A model generated the notes under the pieces. It ran no database searches, had not been told where the DNA came from, and saw nothing but the letters and a program-made list of their open reading frames with translations. Below are positions 44,901-47,138 of a stretch of DNA of 47,138 bases, one piece after another; the stretch's first letter is position 1, and each line of letters begins with the position of its first letter. The translations under genes were made by a program, and so were the position numbers. Source of the DNA: Rhizaria sp. SCN 62-66 (Eukaryota); contig MEDY01000232.1 in assembly GCA_001724265.1 (NCBI GenBank), positions 1 through 47,138 on the forward strand, read 5' to 3'.

Positions 44901-47138
44901 CCAGTAGAGCCGCCAGAGGAAGAATTGGTGACGGGAGCAACGAGAGCGGGCACAACATGCTTTGTCGTGATGATATCACCGCTATCGTTGAGGATGTAGA
45001 CGAACTCAGTGATGTGCGGGCAAGTGACGGGCTCGCACACGGGCACAACACCGTGCCAAGTGCCGTCGCTAAGACAGGTGACCACGCTCAGCGCGTCCGA
45101 AGAAGCATCTGAGCACTTAGCTGGGTCGTCGACGCCGGTTAGGGAGACCTTGGTCGAAGGCGTGTAGCCGCGCGCGCACGACATAGACAGCGAAACGGAG
45201 GCCTGCGGGTACTGACGCGACTTGAAGCCCTCAGGTGCTGACTCTGAGACGAGCAAGTAACGCGCGCTCATGTCAGCTTTGATGTCAGGACACGTAGCCA
45301 CGTCGCACTGCAGCGGCGAGTCAATCAGCGGGCCTGATAGGATCAGATCACCGGTGATGGTGTCCTTCAGCTGCCACACGCCCACGCCTGACACCTCGTT
45401 GCACACATAGGTGCGCGGAGCGTCCACTGAGGAGTCGTGGGGCACGCTGCCGAACTTAGCAGAGCAGGAGACGACGGCCGTGGCACCAACCGCGAACGCA
45501 CCGTCAAGCGAAATAGACGATTGCGAGTACTCAATTCCGAACCCAGCAGATTTGGCTGACTCCTCAGTGAAGTCAGTGCCAAGTAAACTTGCCGCAGTAG
45601 AGCACATGGGTGTGGAGGCGCAGACTGGGGGTTCACCGCGCCAAACGCCGGAACTCATGCATCCGCGAGTAGTAAGGCCACTAACAAGATGCGAGCCCGG
45701 TGAGCATGTGTAGTCGATAACAGAGTCGACGAGAGGGTACTGAATGTCACTGAGAGTGTTGTTAAAACCCGAATGAGTGACAATGGTGTTTGCAATCGGG
45801 GCGACAAGTGGACATGCCGTGAAGCCGTACTCCTCGATCAATGAGCAACGACTGAAACCGTACCAGATTGGGAAGCTCGCCACAAACGAAGCCGTGGTTC
45901 CGGACTGAGTACACGTGTACGTCAGAGGGGCACTACTCAGACTTCCCTGGGTCGCGCCAGCGCCACAGCCAAGCTGCATGATTGTCCCAACAGGGTATCC
46001 AGCAGTGACGGAAACAGTGGGGTCGATGTTGCGGCCCAGATCCGCCAGTGCGAACTCAGGAACAACGTACCGGTAGAAATCCATGGACTCGGGCTTCGCA
46101 CACAGAATGCGCTCGCACGCAAAAGACGCAGCGCCGTCGACCGCAGTGCCGACCCACCCAGCCACTGTGCTGTGCGCGCTCGCGGTGCGAATGGTGCACA
46201 CGCCAGTGAGCGTGCTGCCGGAGACGGGCCGGTAGCCCAACGCGCAGCTGTAGCGCACAGTCGTGCCGACGGGGTAGCTCTTGGCGCTGTTGACCGCGGT
46301 GCTGGGGAGCGTGGGCGTCCAGACCGACTCGGCCGTGACGACCATGCCAGTGCCGATGCCGCCGGAGGGCAACGGCGGCGCGGCACAGCCGGTGTAGAGC
46401 GCCGAGCCCACAGTGCCGCACGCAGGGAAGAAGCCCGTCCACGTCGAGTCAGCCGAGCAGTAGACGGTGCTGGGACGGAAAGACGTCGGGTCGTCGAGGT
46501 TGCTCGCGGTCGCCAGGATGCTCATGTTGGCGGAATTGGCACCCGCGGCACCGCTCGCAGCATTGATCGCGAGAGTGCGCATTCGGAACATCTGGCGACT
46601 CACACTAGTGCTCATAGCAGTGGAGGTTGTGTCAAGCTCGTCAGTGTTACTTCCATCGTCATTAAGAACGTGCATGGAAGGAAGAAAGTCCACATCAGAG
46701 GTCGCTGACGCGCAAGTAAGCCCGACAGCAGAGCCCACGTTGGGGTACTGGTACGCGCCCGCGAGCGTCTGCTGCGAGACAAGCGCCGCGAGCGACGGCA
46801 GCGTCGCGCACTTGGCCGTCGACGACACAGTCTGGCACACGAACTCCGGAGCCGCCAGCGGAACGCTGCCAAGGCCCGTGGGAGCCGTGGTGGTATACGC
46901 GGCGCGCGCGAGCAAAGTGGCGTTGGTCCAGCGAGCGCCAACGCCATCGGCGTCCTCGCAGCGCATCAGCAGCGTCCGCGGGGAGCGCGCCGAGGAGTGC
47001 TTGCCGGCCTCACAGGCCAGCATCACGGTCGCGTTCAGTGGGAGCACGTCGGCGTACTTAGCGGGCGCGCCGGTCCACGGGCGCGCGAACGCAGTGTGCG
47101 TGATTGCCGTCGTGGTCGTGTTGAAGACCATGTACGAG
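29963..47138 (-). CDS. Polycystin-1/PKD-REJ-like giant membrane receptor: many Sushi/CCP repeats, REJ module, GPS motif, ~5 TM helices and a long low-complexity tail; 5' part outside the window
   Basis: Single open frame of >5,720 codons, still open at the window edge (C TCG TAC ATG). Repeated C..C..GxW...P.C Sushi patterns (~41750-47100). REJ-like motifs (LVLYANASADPD...YSWSC, LVINATALSPDTEYTFRV, LPLTYRWY). WDTASC...TVCSCLRLGLYAVL before a TM helix, then PKD1-like H..SLW...SFTRR TM segments. Ends TAA. Confidence 0.85.
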   Translation of the reverse strand, partial: SYMVFNTTTTAITHTAFARPWTGAPAKYADVLPLNATVMLACEAGKHSSARSPRTLLMRCEDADGVGARWTNATLLARAAYTTTAPTGLGSVPLAAPEFVCQTVSSTAKCATLPSLAALVSQQTLAGAYQYPNVGSAVGLTCASATSDVDFLPSMHVLNDDGSNTDELDTTSTAMSTSVSRQMFRMRTLAINAASGAAGANSANMSILATASNLDDPTSFRPSTVYCSADSTWTGFFPACGTVGSALYTGCAAPPLPSGGIGTGMVVTAESVWTPTLPSTAVNSAKSYPVGTTVRYSCALGYRPVSGSTLTGVCTIRTASAHSTVAGWVGTAVDGAASFACERILCAKPESMDFYRYVVPEFALADLGRNIDPTVSVTAGYPVGTIMQLGCGAGATQGSLSSAPLTYTCTQSGTTASFVASFPIWYGFSRCSLIEEYGFTACPLVAPIANTIVTHSGFNNTLSDIQYPLVDSVIDYTCSPGSHLVSGLTTRGCMSSGVWRGEPPVCASTPMCSTAASLLGTDFTEESAKSAGFGIEYSQSSISLDGAFAVGATAVVSCSAKFGSVPHDSSVDAPRTYVCNEVSGVGVWQLKDTITGDLILSGPLIDSPLQCDVATCPDIKADMSARYLLVSESAPEGFKSRQYPQASVSLSMSCARGYTPSTKVSLTGVDDPAKCSDASSDALSVVTCLSDGTWHGVVPVCEPVTCPHITEFVYILNDSGDIITTKHVVPALVAPVTNSSSGGSTGSGSGGGLGGGGLLFMTPYDECDFGQSCRLTGSIATVVSSTVAFSMNSSAFAYPTFRSRITVSCPSGYYSDSRSLECAANGKWFGSTVTCYRVYCSAPPAVLQTMSLSIRAPARAGAGEYASEPADGYSVGARATYSCRDNTTVSSAATAALQVLECDEWGDWVAADAAAQGSTIPLPGLCSFAESCPSLPFTVPLVGAQLLSGANATSAGATYDAQATSHALGTLAALGCRAWFAPVAGTVSVLECTAAGWTPYNASAGAQALQCTPTSQCPQFPYSSDVSVTYSDFRIPGSFAYSHCSSASLMVSPATPVVCMQNGTSASYWNVTSVECVSRADCGPLPLVAPVTAVAYSFPADTTRSTLEAARAHATCQSDHYVPQDDIKCQNGAWSSTAPCAQVKCPHPFENVAGTTARPLPNITQISGSTFYSAGFMGYTVGSVLSLDCASPYTVTSVFGSTIECLPSGQWSLTPSRCMKFTCYYLEPPVGQEEVKNPATGDTTRGSDLPGALAYSRCFVPMPTVQSGVVVPGDKTLRGVFKCYYGRGWVQETALSCLAVACTDFMSSMYPQTTFQPESVIYSPQSYEHLASAIESGAHFSSSYKYNTQEEVLPTPTISRVPNSVFMSDPSTITYSEPLELVNNPPVFEKLFLQPTTSAFLTCPDGYEVLHVGIGESTIVGNYRITKAQDILAGMYGLSRTGIDCLIDETAVPKLKTPGQPLLHPYDSPVFDTSHMASWENVSSERIVCVPYCGTDPANTRAQLQTDGFYDGSGVSTSNFSRYSDVVGNYRYWQCGVGTYDKTLDSDHVKQTCGDDGEWTPAAPNCESYDNRTCSSPYAGKVDNPTRKFWYDKHALAPGTVATTACTPGETEFSGQYYATAQLTQTCRADGTWSPASLPLCVMVPTCPAMTTRLGVTSITYTETSGKIYAVDPATMKGGVGNDGGWGSGLGGGGISKRYVAGAKKLASRAGSVASFNMASSSGGNDDDDDGIDLAIIIGSPTSDESPETLNINAQAYVTCKAGFVFYPTSITFCSRSSTPNTLTADATWETPAWNATWAEEIMCMPMCTIADARFDASGTHVDVTFSYPTTQPVATYIDASGATVRDTAGSMRTCDYLLGNTTTVRLGDRSGASCAWRSPSVLRVTLGYGFTLRPGSSFTVNGGIVKPAVLATSSALYPDTKSAAVSYMPQHTWNVTAPLVAPKIYADLSAPSTLGSCSALTLTVRAVSGNGGLRPSIMFDLLSTGNNTAAMATFAALMNTHAPVDSNTLYNETASPAMVHSVTLTVSELATFFPTGTTATFTARVSTWLGSDFTASVTVSRSVDVLPIITLPNGRTNTYTVSETITIVPQVTLSSCSLEQQRDISYLWSAVPGETLPARFSTAVTVLNQPVIVIPPFTLPAGASYRLRICVTIGTPGSSATYVTGCERVKLNIKARPIVARLATRPYDASLTASATSAVGFALSPAVRVYETTFTYVYDSSAPLAGALESRQLDNATLFEPLATQDSSSVGSTVFAPNQKLVLYANASADPDAESATAGSLVYSWSCYRRYHSPTLVNMYVPLNMTIRSTLTQADLATNSTLSQLQLTADLGVLHNASTPCFASGSAGAVLLSSTQSSITLPASVMATLVETETERTSIIGERADAMASVYFAVTAKSASNSARASTAVLAGVVRTTNRYYVSASAVPHPQYARGVFPASENLRLTARVSAKDGNYAVLWTCESGHLSLTSAYTIVGNKRTLTTLVINATALSPDTEYTFRVHIFAVDAAYPLASVPSAALAATDAVDRVTGVLLPGAVDSSIVTVVTAAAPTAGRCAIDDSMPASSTVYAARCFGFSAAEAVLPLTYRWYAAAVPVDVSSAASAAEASLLLSQTPKLLLRSTRMDPVCEFTLVSSAVPVLVEATDAAGVSTWTTFTVPAAAADTDNTSPAAVRAALKTRLSALLSAARTAVASQHAGNVLEGFAALLTTARALAPQTGFAVAMALVKEVASGKLDAVLANMEAETVVAMFDGSTTVSPDSNAYVASQSPTAVPLWSLAGASLSPTTGLRSVNPAASQFVAAATTAATSPTTTTTPTPTGMALVTYLLNVMYTTVNELNILVASAGDSSSSTSTEPSRKSQARRLRSELASVLRKVGVLDSSNKIVESASSASLLTTLDETKLFSYTSTAVESSAQADGAWPAFFAVWNMWQRVLSYQSAQVTALAASSAAHTDAAAVLDASLANLVSGVYIMQRLSGFGALGPVVDTLLDHVTKLTPAFAALSLRGKVANEAPVIIGSSGLAFAFLRSSTQMQASTTVQPHDDTLASINEKYNMSNLLFSVTSLSNDVGGVAVDSTESEDDSNAGWFFTAATKKSKRANSALEAAWSGVRWINNEAVVSDSPVIDNDAGSVTVPESLLSGHAADGHESSDIAVFTLFSGGALSMIAKDAADSVSASSSQAAAASNASPSAVRPYATQSIASTIPGVSALALPHDAFGFLELSEATVSESMNEDQWLPAASDADSGLTDHELAALNMAPDVIGDFLFKTRDTAQWPLWVRSGLSNVVAYPGSADSKLADQLASSASSDADAPSEAFAAQSISEEQLVELNEAHSSSSTLARMLRASRVVRVQATDFADSDSWQSLSSPMYVTVAHRAVTSSETVSCVSRPSDWSQSTSVSDTVTGATATAQAGTASDWDTASCTVAKQVSSTLTVCSCLRLGLYAVLTEPVFVAPLSTGFMGLTGSMLNDNIAPIIIIAAVCLLGLLAVILAGNCDAAAMRNSVLLAALRWNKRHLAYHPWALETDPVALASAAAANEAAAARAAAAAAAAATAAKRASSPAAADTNTNSNSNQVNQQQQQQQQQQQNQQQQQQHQQQHQSSPRGSGSSSSSPHNNMPLDTQQQFAMQQHFVLQQQFALQQQYLAANNGGVFINNNMGNNMGPRPLPPPPAPMAVSEPVSPASPSSSGSSSAAPQSQGTVELVPRSLPPLGASAALPPSGLGRSRARQTDAYQSDPLFHSAMSMFQNKHVRGRSVSRNDNRSRTPTPPGQRVSGSSPGADAQHKQLKEQQRQQQQHKKLKQQHQQMQRVLTLVLQKIAHDTNGGVGNRPSSRAESRPYVHSPQRAEPIARADAPNSTAAVSSDVNADANNVYDDEYDDVDITALAAAAKALGVNLQEELGGELDNGDAQDSEHSDLDSDSFDSDDSADEDFDEANGSGISGKDDSATSRSRAYAVARKNGGGSASIWGPRPKPMCSIVGIMFSRLSRRRHVAYSLWRRAAVSQMSFTRRFAVIFTTALWALACAALVLFFVFDSSDSDSYSSEGAVARIVVAGVIASLLVAVLSQLLICVMRTARIKRADDFVRYYAEQVALANYCGGVVPPAGSGAYKNNFFPQAELPLVMYTRSKLTATGASSPTVAAAYSNTAASAAPATGASSRKQGGAPAAAAKPHAQARHDAPLGATLTAADLAAGEGSVGMRVQCACGTCFARARAAAAVFNNQRRRKLGWATLCAGPAVRLAATAAAAMVAASRTRVPSSPVNISAADRTASPVSPRAVAVLPLDGSTADPNAQNGSQATATTAPADYAAPAFAPAPMPAAVPEPCLLRAAMQSRNARAFELLHVLSYAARWRPQPREMPDASAELARLIYPEAAGAEGAADAAEAVAATLMVENMTAAARRARRTRAEQNHEKSVVLSSSSSSDGGPRNIRVSRSGLVQRPRHTRRDGSHSRENSLSRGSATEGAVSPKQPQPFAASTLAAVRARNNSYSDARSAVASNSIGDNNLVKGATVLTINTRNEVAPSTGDSARETRLPTGNETSTDASPRPALTVELPGIRATANRDRAAVTAAAKAATAPMTPAQRSAVTRFAHERQLQRRLRVLPLETLYGDNAMNRGAAVRAGQAYRGRTTLTGLDEDLNASSSSDNDEDIRSAAAAARSNAVGKRSGKGFPAAKDANSAAAVAADSMAPAVAVAGAVPGSYITVATVIGARNDAVLAAARARRHRRRAGELLRSADCGPSAGERALAACYEGVPLCGLSAGKGAGYQLQEQLAQRRREEALIARALVILVAVDPAHVLRCYERFVDPSPVKHAAPAAPRAGSTAVITPLTNANSSAAPAPAAPAAPAAAASQSKSQRSRRRKRGCCCCWRVRARSQRDTKTSTAAAAPAPAAALQSGVVAEQASASALAQPAQCQQDEYDLQRESVCAWTLLPALLLQLTLIIGIALVGILIALVFSVRLAARDGSAGVWVWAVGALVGVLIDWFITTPLSLSVVAVAAGCVAHIRMRLHGRRRREIAREMRQRRRAMILLARERVLAQLRAMRSRGLARSPSAAGANNGDTTWKARALDPVNTTDTNGRRCSISQTDDVNKDNDIISMSKRGSLGAGNDDMGAMSHKKIVIAIANRALNAAAGKDRDIHDPSASAWGWAPIALTQATARAARAPPALAPVPLLTYSWLDLDDREGPAANAPAAAANASASVRMGASAAVGAAQTQPGTANRSHSRDKRRGSEKSVSLRGPPQQQNAVASLPDIDVVPLLNAVVGASANGRRSGDNSVPNSARGSPASKARSVGDATAVPPASPLQSASNRTSPQVSPRNGSAHGFNSSGAHMVNPRMSPVVSSATPPPPPLSMFMNDTGTPPTEQQMQLYTENYNAIVSHFAQQHQQHMFMMQQQQMQQMAQQQHQMQQLQQLQLQQQMRQPQLQPQYTQPLTQTPPPTAGLAGDNAVNPHAPHGAAPLSPNSQQQQQLQQLLSAASASASASAPPLTQQQKLQQQQLRLQIIDMLLRQNADNAVSVPPGAVNMTYPSAVTPVHAMNPVVFHNTVTTTSPVSGGSQEHTHQQQQPAISGSSSISGRRSDSGHGLSQLTAVATENVPVKAHIVHFGDGDGEHDPAAPIADAKATAAAATKALKATKLPPTGGTPSTSPQSAHSSLLVPGGGGGHAFVWSSSLGETTQRASSTPEFHSDHVCGNSSDGSGMGGGGSDGALVRTSNAHGGKTTKP
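36338..36410. repeat. CAG/CAA trinucleotide tract encoding poly-Gln in the polycystin-like protein
   Basis: (tgc)n/(tgt)n runs on the + strand; translated QQQQQQQQQQQNQQQQQQHQQQHQ. Confidence 0.8.

Noticed and set aside
1-47138. CRISPR arrays, transposases, rRNA or prokaryotic operon structure
   Set aside because: None seen. The repeats are coding trinucleotide or low-complexity tracts and the gene structure is eukaryotic.

Overview
Gene-dense eukaryotic (protist-like) genomic DNA with GC-rich coding regions, short AT/pyrimidine-rich spacers and spliceosomal introns that all begin GTACG(T/C). Eight protein genes can be modelled: a sterol C24-methyltransferase (-, 3 exons), a ~3,700-aa Ala-rich membrane-anchored NB-ARC/STAND-like protein (-), a greatly expanded GNB1L/ASA1-type WD40 protein (+, 2 exons), a putative secreted basic protein (+), an unknown Cys-motif protein (-), a DNAJB13-like Hsp40 (+, 4 exons), a DENND10/FAM45 homologue (+, 2 exons) and a >5,700-aa Sushi-REJ-GPS polycystin-1-like receptor (-, running off the window). 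The main discovery is that TAG appears not to act as a stop codon here. Four genes contain five in-frame TAG codons, and the frame continues unbroken after each. All eight modelled gene ends use TAA (5) or TGA (3), never TAG. This points to a non-standard nuclear code in which UAG alone is a sense codon, or to systematic UAG recoding or editing. The supplied ORF track therefore fragments these genes. Homology calls come from motif recognition by eye, not database searches, and I cannot name the organism.
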